This document shows, one piece after another, positions 30,813 to 44,444 of a stretch of 64,000 nt of DNA (its first letter is position 1; each line of letters starts with the position of its first letter). The DNA lies in contig OZ024761.1 in the NCBI GenBank assembly GCA_964016885.1, positions 29,450,001 to 29,514,000 on the forward strand, written 5' to 3'. Source of the stretch: Eledone cirrhosa. Lineage: Eukaryota. A model generated the notes under the pieces. The model was not told where the DNA came from, did not search any database, and saw only the letters and a program-made list of their open reading frames with translations. Made by a program: the position numbers and the translations under genes.

Positions 30813-33518
30813 TGTAGCTCAGAGATCAGAAGGTCACTCCAGCTAGAGCTGCTAATTCTCTATATTGAGAGATCACAGCTCTGATACTATGGACATGTGG
30901 TTAGAATGTCTCAGGAAAGAACCACTGGACACATTTGTAGCTCAGAGATCAGAAAGTCACTCCAGCTAGAGCTGCTAATTCTCCATATTGAGAGATCACA
31001 GCTCTGATACTATGGACATGTGGTTAGAATGTCTCAGGAAAGAATCACTGGACACATTTGTAGCTCAGAGATTAGAAAGTCACTCCAGCTAGAGCTGCTA
31101 ATTCTCCATATTGAGAGATCACAGCTCTGATACTATGGACATGTGGTTAGAATGTCTCAGGAAAGAATCACTGGACACATTTGTAGCTCAGAGATCAGAA
31201 AGTCACTCCAGCTAGAGCTGCTAATTCTCCATATTGAGAGATCACAGCTCTGATACTATGGACATGTGGTTAGAATGTCTCAGGAAAGAATCACTGGACA
31301 CATTTGTAGCTCGGAGATCAGAAAGTCACTCCAGCTAGAGCTGCTAATTCTCCATATTGAGAGATCACAGCTCTGATACTATGGACATGTGGTTAGAATG
31401 TCTCAGGAAAGAATCACTGGTCACATTTGTAGCTCGGAGATCAGAAAGTCACTCCAGCTAGAGCTGCTAATTCTCCATATTGAGAGATCACAGCTCTGAT
31501 ACTATGGACATGTGGTTAGAATGTCTCAGGAAAGAATCACTGGACACATTTGTAGCTCAGAGATCAGAAAGTCACTCCAGCTAGAGCTGCTAATTCTCCA
31601 TATTGAGAGATCACAGCTCTGATACTATGGACATGTGGTTAGAATGTCTCAGGAAAGAATCACTGGTCACATTTGTAGCTCGGAGATCAGAAAGTCACTC
31701 CAGCTAGAGCTGCTAATTCTCCATATTGAGAGATCACAGCTCTGATACTATGGACATGTGGTTAGAATGTCTCAGGAAAGAATCACTGGACACATTTGTA
31801 GCTCAGAGATCAGAAAGTCACTCCAGCTAGAGCTGCTAATTCTCTATATTGAGAGATCACAGCTCTGATACTATGTGCATGTGGTTAGAATGTCTCAGGA
31901 AAGAATCACTGGACACATTTGTAGCTCAGAGATCAGAAAGTCACTCCAGCTAGAGCTGCTAATTCTCCATATTGAGAGATCACAGTTCTGATACTATGGA
32001 CATGTGGTTAGAATGTCTCAGGAAAGAATCACTGGACACATTTGTAGCTCAGAGATCAGAAAGTCACTCCAGCTAGAGCTGCTAATTCTCCATATTGAGA
32101 GATCACAGCTCTGATACTATGGACATGTGGTTAGAATGTCTCAGGAAAGAATCACTGGACACATTTGTAGCTCAGAGATCAGAAAGTCACTCCAGCTAGA
32201 GCTGCTAATTCTCCATATTGAGAGATCACAGCTCTGATACTATGGACATGTGGTTAGAATGTCTCAGGAAAGAATCACTGGACACATTTGTAGCTCGGAG
32301 ATCAGAAAGTCACTCCAGCTAGAGCTGCTAATTCTCCATATTGAGAGATCACAGCTCTGATACTATGGACATGTGGTTAGAATGTCTCAGGAAAGAATCA
32401 CTGGTCACATTTGTAGCTCGGAGATCAGAAAGTCACTCCAGCTAGAGCTGCTAATTCTCTATATTGAGAGATCACAGCTCTGATACTATGGATATGTGGT
32501 TAGAATGTCTCAGGAAAGAATCACTGGACACATTTGTAGCTCAGAGATCAGAAAGTCACTCCAGCTAGAGCTGCTAATTCTCCATATTGAGAGATCACAG
32601 CTCTGATACTATGGACATGTGGTTAGAATGTCTCAGGAAAGAATCACTGGTCACATTTGTAGCTCGGAGATCAGAAAGTCACTCCAGCTAGAGCTGCTAA
32701 TTCTCCATATTGAGAGATCACAGCTCTGATACTATGGACATGTGGTTAGAATGTCTCAGGAAAGAATCACTGGACACATTTGTAGCTCAGAGATCAGAAA
32801 GTCACTCCAGCTAGAGCTGCTAATTCTCTATATTGAGAGATCACAGCTCTGATACTATGTGCATGTGGTTAGAATGTCTCAGGAAAGAATCACTGGACAC
32901 ATTTGTAGCTCAGAGATCAGAAAGTCACTCCAGCTAGAGCTGCTAATTCTCCATATTGAGAGATCACAGTTCTGATACTATGGACATGTGGTTAGAATGT
33001 CTCAGGAAAGAATCACTGGACACATTTGTAGCTCAGAGATCAGAAAGTCACTCCAGCTAGAGCTGCTAATTCTCCATATTGAGAGATCACAGCTCTGATA
33101 CTATGGACATGTGGTTAGAATGTCTCAGGAAAGAATCACTGGACACATTTGTAGCTCAGAGATCAGAAAGTCACTCCAGCTAGAGCTGCTAATTCTCCAT
33201 ATTGAGAGATCACAGCTCTGATACTATGGACATGTGGTTAGAATGTCTCAGGAAAGAATCACTGGACACATTTGTAGCTCAGAGATCAGAAAGTCACTCC
33301 AGCTAGAGCTGCTAATTCTCCATATTGAGAGATCACAGCTCTGATACTATGGACATGTGGTTAGAATGTCTCAGGAAAGAATCACTGGACACATTTGTAG
33401 CTCAGAGATCAGAAAGTCACTCCAGCTAGAGCTGCTAATTCTCCGAATTGAGAGATCACAGCTCTGATACTATGTGCATGTGGTTAGAATGTCTCAGGAA
33501 AGAATCACTGGACATATT
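30813..33518 (+). repeat. 123-bp satellite, 22 near-identical copies, derived from RTE LINE coding sequence
   Basis: Units start at 30813, 30936, 31059 ... 33396; unit matches 26810-26932. Confidence 0.97.
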
Positions 33519-33640
33519 TTGTGGGTAAAACCAACTGGGAGGAGACCCAGGGGTAGACCTTGAGCAATATTGTTTTATAACATCTATGAGCTTGGCTGGT
33601 CTTGTATGGGGATCCAGCCGAATCAGTCATTATCAGTTAG
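33519..33640 (+). mobile_element. Continuation of the RTE LINE fragment after the array
   Basis: Reads LWVKPTGRRPRGRP*..., the RTE G.RPRGRP motif, colinear with 26933-27050. Confidence 0.85.
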
Positions 33641-33889
33641 TTTGTTGTGAAAAATATGTGATAAATTAGAGTAAAAACTTTAATTTTCAATATGATATTG
33701 TTATAGAGCTGTTTTGTAGTTTTGAAGAAAGTCTTGTTAATGTTGCTTTCTGCATTATAGAATTTAATTTCCAATGTGATGCAGTATAGAGCTGTTTAGT
33801 ACTTATTGACAATGTCTAGTTAATGTAGTTTCATGTAGTTCAAGATACAATTGCACAAAGTCACGCTTGTTAAAATAGGAAAAAAGGAT

Positions 33890-33926
33890 GTCTCAACATA
33901 TCAGACATTAGTCCTTCATCAGGGAA
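33890..33926 (-). ncRNA. Degenerate hammerhead, same family as 9454
   Basis: Minus strand CTGATGA-AGGAC taat GTCT-GATA-TG-TT; stem II almost identical to 9454 but GAAA box mutated. Confidence 0.55.
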
Positions 33927-34439
33927 GAGTAAGGTGAGGAGAAGGAGAGGAGGCTGGAAGCTTGGAAATGAAATTAAAAAAAAAAAGATTTATCAGGATG
34001 TGATCATGTCTTAAGATGCAACACAAGTCAATATATCTACGGTAGCCTATCCAATATTCTAATAATATACGAAATGTGTTCGTTTTATGAGAGGGCCAGC
34101 ACTTAATTCAATTTTGAATGAGCTAGGAACAAGAGTTAACTATAGCAATCTTAGTGTCATCCGATGTGACAGTAAAGTCAATAGCTGTAAATATCTCTCT
34201 ATCTGTAATCTGTAAGAAAGGTTTGTCCTCCCATTCCGGACTCCGAATGCTGGGATGGTAGGGGTGGAAGCAGACATAGAAATACAGTATAGTCAACATA
34301 AGGGGCAGAGAGAAAGAGATATAGTGAGAGAGAGTGAGAGAGAGAGAGACTGAGAAAGAGAGAGAAAGATGTAGAAAGAAAGAGAGTTAGTGAGAGAGAA
34401 TGAGAGTGAGAGATGTTGTCCAAGGGAAAGACAATGGCC

Positions 34440-34612
34440 AATACAGCTTGGCACCTGTGATGTCACAATTCATTTCTACAGCTGAGTAAACTGAAACAAC
34501 CTGAAATAAAGTGTCTTGCTCAAGGACACAATGTATCACCTGGTCCAAGAATTGAACTCACAACCTCCTGAGTGTAAGCCCAATGCTCTAACCATTAAGC
34601 CATGCACTTTCA
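34440..34612 (-). mobile_element. SINE family B 5' part (tRNA head plus Meta/CORE-like domain)
   Basis: Reverse complement tggcttaatggttagagc..gagttcaattc..ttgtgtccttgagcaagacactttatttc. Confidence 0.8.
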
Positions 34613-34637
34613 TGTATATATATATATATATATATAT

Positions 34638-34803
34638 AACAAAGAAGGTGAGGTAAGATACCAGGTAGATCATAATAAACAAGAGTACTCGATACTTAGG
34701 GTAGTAGAGTGGGTAATAGGAAAAGAGTCGGGACCCCAACGGCTGAGCTCCGGCCGTTTCAACAGCTAGATCCGAACGAGTTGTCCTGACTCTTTTCCTA
34801 TTA
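34638..34803 (-). mobile_element. Fold-back family F1 copy 2
   Basis: 21-bp inverted arms 34714-34734 and 34783-34803; same tail as other F1 copies. Confidence 0.8.
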
Positions 34804-36530
34804 TATCATCATCACCGTTTTACGTCCATTCTTCCACGCTAGCATGGGTTAGACGGGTTGTCTTGTTGTGGGCAGTGCCCGGTCGGCTGACCTTGTCTTG
34901 CTCATACGGGAACTGATTTTGGCTTGATTTCTACAGCTGGATGCCCTTCCTAACACCAACCTCATTTACAGTGAGTGGTGTATATATATATACCACCACC
35001 CCACTCTCAAGAGCGTGAAACTAATAAAACTTTGTTCGTACTGCCTCTCTGTTTTGTTCCCGTTCAATTTTTCACTATATATATATATATATAAGGTCAC
35101 TAGCACCTGAAGTGACCTATACACAGATGTTATACATATAATACATACATAAATATATTAATACATATATTTTTTTTCAAAATGAATATATATATACATA
35201 TATATATATATATTATATGTATGTATAACAGCTGTGTATAGATCTGTACATCACCATAAAGACCATCTTTCCTCAAACTAAAGCTCTTTAATCACTTCCT
35301 GGCTTAGCTTGTCTGTTTTTCTAAAGGAATTCAATAGAAATAAAGAATCTGTTTTCTGCAACAAGTGACAGGAGGCTGTGGAACTGAACAGAGTTGGAGG
35401 GGTGAGAGACAAAGTGTGTTTTTGGTCTATCTCTGGCCTTATTCACTTCTCTCTAGTTTTCTTTGCCTCTTTTTACTCTGGTCTGGCTCACCTCTCTATA
35501 GTTTTGACTGCCTTCTTTTACTCTACATTACTGACATCAATTACACAACAGATATGTCACTGGGAAGCTAAACAGTAATCCTGTTCTTTTAAAACAGAAC
35601 AAACACACAGCAAGGCTGCCTCTTTTAATCTATCTGCTGGAAATAGCAGCAAGCAAACAACTTTCTCCTTTGAACTACACAGCAAAGCCGCCTCTTTTAA
35701 TCGATTTGCTAGAAATAGCAGCAAGTAACTTTTTCCTTCAATCCAGTAAAGCCACCTCTTTTATCAATCTGCTAGAAATAGCAACATTCTCTTTCAAACC
35801 ACACACACACTAGACAGAAACACACATAGACATACACATATGCATATACATGAACACATACACAAACACAAAGACACACAAACACGCACACAACGACATT
35901 CATACATACACACACAAACACCCATCCCACCATTTTTAACAACAGGACCCATTTAACAATGTCATCTTATGTCTAAATACACTATGTCTTAATAAAAAAA
36001 AAGGTAGTAAGTTCATGGTTGGAACACCTTTTGCTGTTGTATACATATTATCTTGTTTTGTTTTGTTCTGTTTTTTGTTTGTTTGTTTTTTTAGAGGGTT
36101 GGGGGTTAGTATCTCATTCTCTCTAGAAGATATTTTCACTAAAACATTAGTAATACCCAATTAAGAGGTGGCAAAATGTCAGACTTGTTAGAACATCAGA
36201 TAGAATCCTTTGTGGTATTTGTTCCACCTCGCTGAGTTCTGAGTTCAAATCCCACTAAATCGACTTTACTTTTCATCCTTTCATGGTTGATAAATATATA
36301 GAATACCAGTCAAGTACTGGGGTTGAGTTGTTTCTCTCTCCATCAAGGTCCACTTTGCTTTTCATCCTTTCGAGATTGATAAAAAAAAAGTACCAGTTCA
36401 ATACTGGAGTCAATTCTTCTTCTATATCTCTTTTTCACTTCCTCTCTCTCTCCCTGACCTTCTCTCTCTCTCTCTGATTTTCTCTCTTTCACTCTCTCTG
36501 ACCTTCTCTCTCTATCTCTCTCTCTGGCCT

Positions 36531-36614
<84 letters not shown>

Positions 36615-36999
36615 ACCTTCTCTGGAAGAAGTCAGCCATGTTCAGACCTGGAAAGGGATGGGCTCTGCCAAATTTAAAATGCCCAAGAAATGCCATAACA
36701 CTATGGCACCCCTACAACTCCACCGGGAGTTATGGGTCCAAACATATAGGCATGATACCAAATTAAGCCCCCATACTTCTTAAGGTCATCTCTGTATGAC
36801 ATATTATCTTTACATTAACATACACAGACATGAATAACACCAACAGTACACATATGTGTGTGTGTGTGTATTAAAGAAAGGAGGGAGACACTGTACCATG
36901 TAGTCCTAGATATACATGTAGACAGGATCACCATGGCTAGAACAACTTTGATCATAGATCTGACTGATCAGAGATGGACCTAGGGTTAACAGATAAGAG

Positions 37000-37630
37000 C
37001 ATGACCACTTTATTGAGTATACTGGGTACATTTTATCATGGCACAAGCACCCCAATCTTATAGGTTGTACAGGGCTGACTGGGTGCATTTTATCGTGGCA
37101 CCAGCACAACCACCTTACAGAGTGTACAGGGTGGAATGGGTGCATTTTATTTTATCATGGCACCAGAACTACCATTTTACAGAGTGTACTGGATACATTT
37201 CATCGTAGTATCGGCTTTACCAATTTACAGAGTGTACAGAGTGGACTGGGTGCATTTTATCATAGCACCGGTTCTACCACTTTACAGAGTGTACTAGGTG
37301 CATTTTATTATGGCACCAGCACTACCACCATATAGGGTGTACAAGGTGTACTGGATGCATTTTATTGTAGCACCAGCTCTATTACTTTGCAGAGTGTAAT
37401 AAGGTGCATTTTATAGTGGCACAGGCACTTCTACTTTACAGGGTGTATAGGGTGAAGTGGATACATTTTATCATGGCACCAGCACTACCACCTTACAGGG
37501 TGCACAGAGTGGACTGGGTACATTTTATCATGACACGAGTACTACCATCTTACAGGGTGAACTGGATGCCTTTTATCATGGCACCAGCACTAGCACTTTA
37601 CAAGGTGGACTGGGTGCATTTCATCATAGC
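37000..37630. repeat. Old degenerate ~45-55-bp tandem array from the SINE B internal module
   Basis: gggtgcattttatcatggcaccagcactaccaccttacagagtg repeated about 12 times. Confidence 0.8.
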
Positions 37631-38374
37631 ACATGAACATATTCTATAATCAACTTTCCAAAATTCCTAATTGAAGCTAAACCAGTTGCTTAACAATTTT
37701 GCTGATATGAACAAATGGCGCTTGTCCATTATAAGCTCCTCAACTCCCCTCACTCCCCCTCTCTCAGTTCCTCAATCACTCCCTCCCACTCTCTCTCACT
37801 CCCTCTGTCTTTCTCCCTCCCTCACTCACTCCCTCAGTCTTTCTCTTACTCCCTCCTTCTCTCTTTCTCCCTCATTTATTCCACAAGAAGTAGTTTGCTG
37901 CTAAATCTCTAGTAAATGCAACATATTAATGTAGGGAAGACATGAGGGTTTGTTGTTGTTGTTGTGTTGTTATTGTGTTTTATTATCCAATAAATAGCAC
38001 AGACATACTTTTAGTGTTTCCTCTGACTGTTATTGACGTTGACTGGTTGACAGATCATGCTGTTCTTAGCAATCAGCTAAAATAACATGGCTACCAGGGG
38101 TGGGTGGAGGAGAAGGAGGGGACACAGCAATGACAAAAATGGTAAATGATCGTGTATGGAAGACGCTTGCTGTCTTTAACAGCAGAAATAATCACACTAA
38201 CTTAACTTGTAACTTCTACACAGTCTCTCTCACTCTCTCTCTCTCTCTCTCTCTGTTAGAAATAGCAGCTAAATCAATCTCCTACAAATCAACGCTCCAC
38301 CCACTCACCACTACCATCTTCAAGAGAGAGAGAGAGAGTTCTACTATTACCTTCCAATGAAGCAATGATAAGCT

Positions 38375-39345
38375 AATGTTTTGTTAATGTGGTTTCATAA
38401 GATTTAGCAGAAAATATCTTTTAAAAAATGGGTTTGTTAATTCATATGTTTATAGTACCATTACTAGTGGACAAGTGGACAAATCGTTGTGGAAATGTGT
38501 TGTATTAGACTAAAGACATTAATTTTCAATGGGATGCAGTCATAGTGCTGTTTTATATTTGTTCAAGAATGTTTTGTTAATGTGGTTTCATAAGATTTAG
38601 CAGAAAATATCTTTTAAAAAATGGGTTTGTTAATTCATATGTTTATAGTACCATTACTAGTGGACAAGTGGACAAATCGTTGTGGAAATGTGTTGTATTA
38701 GACTAAAGACATTAATTTTCAATGGGATGCAGTCATAGTGCTGTTTTATATTTGTTCAAGAATGTTTTGTTAATGTGGTTTCATAAGATTTAGCAGAAAA
38801 TATCTTTTAAAAAATGGGTTTGTTAATTCATATGTTTATAGTACCATTACTAGTGGACAAGTGGACAAATCGTTGTGGAAATGTGTTGTATTAGACTAAA
38901 GACATTAATTTTCAATGGGATGCAGTCATAGTGCTGTTTTATATTTTTTCAAGAATGTTTTGTTAATGTGGTTTCATAAGATTTAGCAGAAAATATCTTT
39001 TAAAAAATGGGTTTGTTAATTCATATGTTTATAGTACCATTACTAGTGGACAAGTGGACAAATCGTTGTGGAAATGTGTTGTATTAGACTAAAGACATTA
39101 ATTTTCAATGGGATGCAGTCATAGTGCTGTTTTATATTTTTTCAAGAATGTTTTGTTAATGTGGTTTCATAAGATTTAGCAGAAAATATCTTTCAAAAAA
39201 TGGGTTTGTTAATTCTTATGTTTATAGTACTTTTACTAGTGGACAAGAGGACAAATCGTTGTGGAAATTTGTTGTATTAAAGACATTAATTTTCGATGTG
39301 ATGTAGTCATAGTGCTGTTTTGTATTTTCAAGAATGTCTAGTTAA
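38375..39345. repeat. 193-bp tandem repeat, 5 copies
   Basis: Unit starts at 38375, 38568, 38761, 38954, 39147. Confidence 0.95.
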
Positions 39346-40811
39346 TAATGCGGTTTTGTGTGGTTACATGACGTTAAGAATTATACAAAGGAGGAACACA
39401 CTGGATAATGTAATCCGAGACACAATATGCCAGAAAATTAGCAAGAAAACAAAAAGACAAGACAAGCAAATCATGGCTGAGATAAAACGCCTATAATAAA
39501 ATGTCTGCTGAATGAGGACTGAATTGACCTGAGGCTCAACAACAATTACCAAACAATCTCAGATCAATGGTTCTACCAAAGATAAAAGTATAATGCAAAG
39601 ACTCTTCTTCAACTGCTGCTAACTTAATATAACCAATGTATCAACCATTTATTATTCAGTTCCAAAAGAAAAGGAAGGGAGCTCCAAGGAAAATGTCCTT
39701 GTGTTTGGTTTGGTTTGGTTTGGTGAGAATTAATTAACCTCATTGATACCAGCCCCTCTCAAACTGACCGCCTACCACCCCCCAGCCACCACTCCTTCTT
39801 TCAGACACATCCCTGGTTCTGTGATGATATAAAAACTGTCTCTTTTAAATTGTTTATACTTCTGATATTAAAAATATCCACCATGATTCTATGTAAGAAT
39901 TTCTTTGTTGAATAATGCTGCAAACATCAGAGAATTTATGTGTGTGTGTATATGTGTATATGTGTGTGTGTGTGTGTGTACGTGTATGGGTATGTATATA
40001 TGTGTGCATGTGTATGTATGTGTGCGCATTTGTATGTGTGTGTGTATATATATGTGGGGGGAGAGGGTATATTTGTGTGTGTGTGCATGTATGTGCCTAT
40101 GTGTGCGTTGTGTATGAGTTTATATGTGTGTGTACATGTATGGGTATGTATATATATGTGTGTATGTATGTATGTGCCTATGAGTCCATTGTGTATGTGT
40201 GTGTGAGTTTACATGTGCGTGTATGTGTACAGGTTTGTATATGTGTGTGTATGTATGTGCCTATGAGTGCATTGTGTATGTGTGTGTGAGTTTATATGTG
40301 CATGTATGTGTACAGGTATGTATATATATATGTGTATGTATGTGTCTGAATGTGTATGTGTATATATGTGTGTGTGCGTGTATATATGTGTGTGTGTGCA
40401 TGTATATATGTGTCTGAATGTGTAGGTGAATATGTGTGTGTGTGCGTGTATATATGCGTGTGCATGTATATATGTGTGTATGTATTTGTCTGAATGTGTA
40501 GGTGAATATATGTGTGTGCATGTATATATGTGAGTGTGTATAGGGAACAGTTCTTCTTTCAAAGATGTTTTATTAAAAACACGACATCAACAGTCATGTT
40601 TTTTAATAAACATTGATGGTGACACAGGCATGATTTATACTTTTCCTGGTTTACTCAGGAGTCAGATGAGTGATGTTGTATGTGTCTTCATGGATTCTAT
40701 TGAATTCAGTTTGTGGACAGCTTTGGTTTCTTGTAGATAAACTTCTATTCAAATTAATGCAATTGAGTGCCTTAATTACATATATAGAAGTGTCTGGATG
40801 ATGTGTGCACA

Positions 40812-40942
<131 letters not shown>

Positions 40943-41003
40943 ATATATATATATATATATGTGTGTATATATATATATATGTATATATTTATATATATAT
41001 ATG

Positions 41004-41048
<45 letters not shown>

Positions 41049-41087
41049 ATGTATATATATATATATGTGTGTGTGTGTATATATATA

Positions 41088-41120
<33 letters not shown>

Positions 41121-41187
41121 GTGTGTATATATATATATATGTATATATTTATATATATATATGTATATATATATATATGTATGTATA

Positions 41188-41251
<64 letters not shown>

Positions 41252-41282
41252 TAATGTATATATATATATATATATATATATA

Positions 41283-41367
<85 letters not shown>

Positions 41368-41561
41368 TTGTACACACTCACACACACATATATATGTATA
41401 TATGTATTTGTGGACAGCTTTGGTTTGTTGTAGATATATTTATATTCAAGTTAATGCACTTGACGATCTTAATTACATATATATATATATATATATGTTA
41501 TGGAATATATATATATTATGGAATACTGTTGGCTTCTTGCTACAATACTTTCTATACCTTT

Positions 41562-41602
<41 letters not shown>

Positions 41603-41715
41603 GTGCCTGTTTATATAGTATATATATATGTGTGTGTATATATATAAATACATTCAAATTAAAGCAACTGACTGTCTTAATTACATATATGTGTGTATGC
41701 ATGTTTATATATATA

Positions 41716-41751
<36 letters not shown>

Positions 41752-41773
41752 CATACACACACACACACATAGA

Positions 41774-41874
41774 CACGGGCTTTCTCCAAAAAATGTATAC
41801 ACATTTTGATTAGCTGTACAGGCAATGTATATTAGATTGCTGCTGAAGTGTGTATACATTTTTGGGACACCCTA
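41774..41874. mobile_element. Tc1/mariner-type MITE copy
   Basis: Matches 9909-10008 over its length. Confidence 0.8.
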
Positions 41875-42053
41875 TGTATATGTATATATAAAACCATTCA
41901 CACACACACCATATATATATAAACACAAACACATATATATTCACATGGAATGGTGTGTGTGGACACCGCCTTTCACAAGACCGAGACTGTGATTAATGGA
42001 GACAACAAGAAAATGAATGAAAATAAATTATATAAATATATATATGTATATAT

Positions 42054-42105
<52 letters not shown>

Positions 42106-42336
42106 GCATATATACACATATATATATATACACACATATACACATATATATATATACACACATATACACATATATATACACACATATACACATATATATA
42201 CACACATATACACATATATATATATATACACACATATACACATATATATATATATATATATACACATATATATACACATATATATATACACACACATATA
42301 TATATATATACACACACATATTAACCTACATATATA

Positions 42337-42530
42337 TTGCACTCAGTGCTCCTTTGGGAGCCCCTACATGGACACAGTAGAAGAGGAAGACCAAGGTTAA
42401 CATATGTTGATGCCCTAAGGACAGACACTGGTCTGTTGGAGATGCAGGATATGGCAGCGATAATGAGGGACAGAGACCGCTGGAGAGAACTCGTCCATGG
42501 ATCTCGGGAATTTTACCCGCCATAGATAGA
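42337..42530 (+). mobile_element. RTE-clade LINE extreme 3' end (second family)
   Basis: [52 protein letters not shown] (RGRP..TY.D, M.DR..WR motifs); stop followed by tagataga. Confidence 0.88.
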
Positions 42531-42589
42531 TATATATATACACACATATATTAACACACATATATATATATACACACATATATATACAC

Positions 42590-42638
<49 letters not shown>

Positions 42639-42730
42639 CATATATATATATACATTATACATATATATACATACATATATATATATACATTATACATATA
42701 TATACATACATATATATATATACATTATAC

Positions 42731-42760
<30 letters not shown>

Positions 42761-42761
<1 letters not shown>

Positions 42762-42922
42762 ACGAAGGAAATGTGGTAAGGAACCAGGTGGACCATAATG
42801 CACCAAAGTACTCAATACTTAGGGTAGTAGAGTGGGTAATAGGAACAAGTAAGACCCCGACGGCGGAGCTCAAGCCGTCGAAACGGCTTGAGCTCAGCCG
42901 TCGGGGTCTTACTTGTTCCTAT
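42761..42922 (-). mobile_element. Fold-back family F1 copy 3
   Basis: 40-bp arms 42839-42878 and 42883-42922, 4-nt loop, ~78-nt tail, TA tracts on both sides. Confidence 0.88.
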
Positions 42923-43049
42923 ATATATATATATGTATATATATATACATATATATATATATGTAAAAATTAAATTTTAAATCAACCTATAAATAGTTTC
43001 AGTAAAAGACATTAAAAATATTTTTAAAACAACATGATACTCACTCACT

Positions 43050-43605
43050 TAACCACTCACCACCATTACCACCACCACTGTTACTGCCATCACCACTACC
43101 ACCACTTTTACTACCACAACCACCAACACCACCAGCATCACCACCACTCCCAGTATAACCACCACCACCACTTTTACTAACACAACCACCAACACCACCA
43201 GTATCACCACCACTACCACCACCATTAGCACCACTGCTACCACCACAACCAACACCATCACCACAACCAGCACCACCACCATCACCACAACCAACACCAC
43301 CCCCATCACCACCACCACTACTTTTACAACCACAACCACCAACACCACCCCCATCACCACCACTACCACCACCATTACTACTACCACCACAACCAACACC
43401 ACCACCATCACCACAACCAGCCCCCATCACCACCACAACCACCACCACTACCACCACCATTACCACCACCGCTACCACCACAACCAACACCATCGCCACC
43501 CCCAATACCACCACCACCACCATCGCCACCCCCAATACCACCACTACCACCACCACAACCAACATCACCCCCATCACCACCATCACCACCACAACCACCA
43601 CCATT
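43050..43605. repeat. Degenerate (ACC)n repeat
   Basis: accaccac runs; source of the Gly/Val-rich ORFs. Confidence 0.9.
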
Positions 43606-43910
43606 CATCAATATATAAAAACGTACCATTCTGACTGTAACGTATTTTTGATTTGATTTAGTTATGTTTACTAATTTGTTTAGTTAATTATTTAACACTT
43701 TATTAATTTTTTTGCAAAATTTTAATCATTTAAACATTTTTTTTTGGGGGGGGGGGTCAAATTTTTCTCGTGTTTTAAATAATTTTTATTTTTTCAGCTT
43801 TACAATTTTTTTTAAATATTTTTCTCCTCCTAAACTTGTTTATCTTAAATTCATCTTTAAGAGACAAATTGATTTTTACCTATTCCTAACAAATTTAAAT
43901 AATTAAACAG

Positions 43911-43980
<70 letters not shown>

Positions 43981-43985
<5 letters not shown>

Positions 43986-44444
43986 GGTATGGATATTCCA
44001 ACAGGCACTAAGTACCTACAGAAATATGCATGGTGTTTATAATAGTTGTGGTTCGATGGTACAAATTTGAGATACCAGAACTATAAAAATGAGCGGAGCA
44101 AGTAAGAACAAAACGTATAGCGCTGCTATTTTTAGCGGCATGGTCAACAAGTTTATAATATCCTGCTTTTACTTGTGGCCTATTTTTGTGTGTGAGTCAC
44201 TTTAACGGCTTAACCGCATACAACGGGCAGTAAGCGAAATATTAACTTACTATGAGGCTTTATACCCTTATAGTACGGAAATAGCTGTTTGAAGATCTAA
44301 TTCTTTCCATTGGAAATTCTCTGAATTTCCAATCTTTTGTTAGTGAAACCGTCGGTGACGGCAATAGAACAGGTGAATATTTAAATCGTTTTTTAATTTA
44401 TTTAAAAGATTGTTTAATGATTACTTGCTCCGCTCATTTTTATA
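43981..44444. mobile_element. Element with perfect 24-bp inverted repeats and ~100-nt left extension
   Basis: tataaaaatgagcggagcaagtaa (44082-44105) and ttacttgctccgctcatttttata (44421-44444). Confidence 0.75.

Noticed and set aside
30813-33518. CRISPR-like array or selenoprotein/readthrough repeat gene
   Set aside because: No unique spacers; the TGA sits at an Arg position of the RTE motif (QLR) and is shared with the dead paralogue at 26880.
43041-43604. Gly-rich ORF resembling a structural protein
   Set aside because: Frame of a degenerate (GGT)n tract that shifts between poly-Val and poly-Gly.
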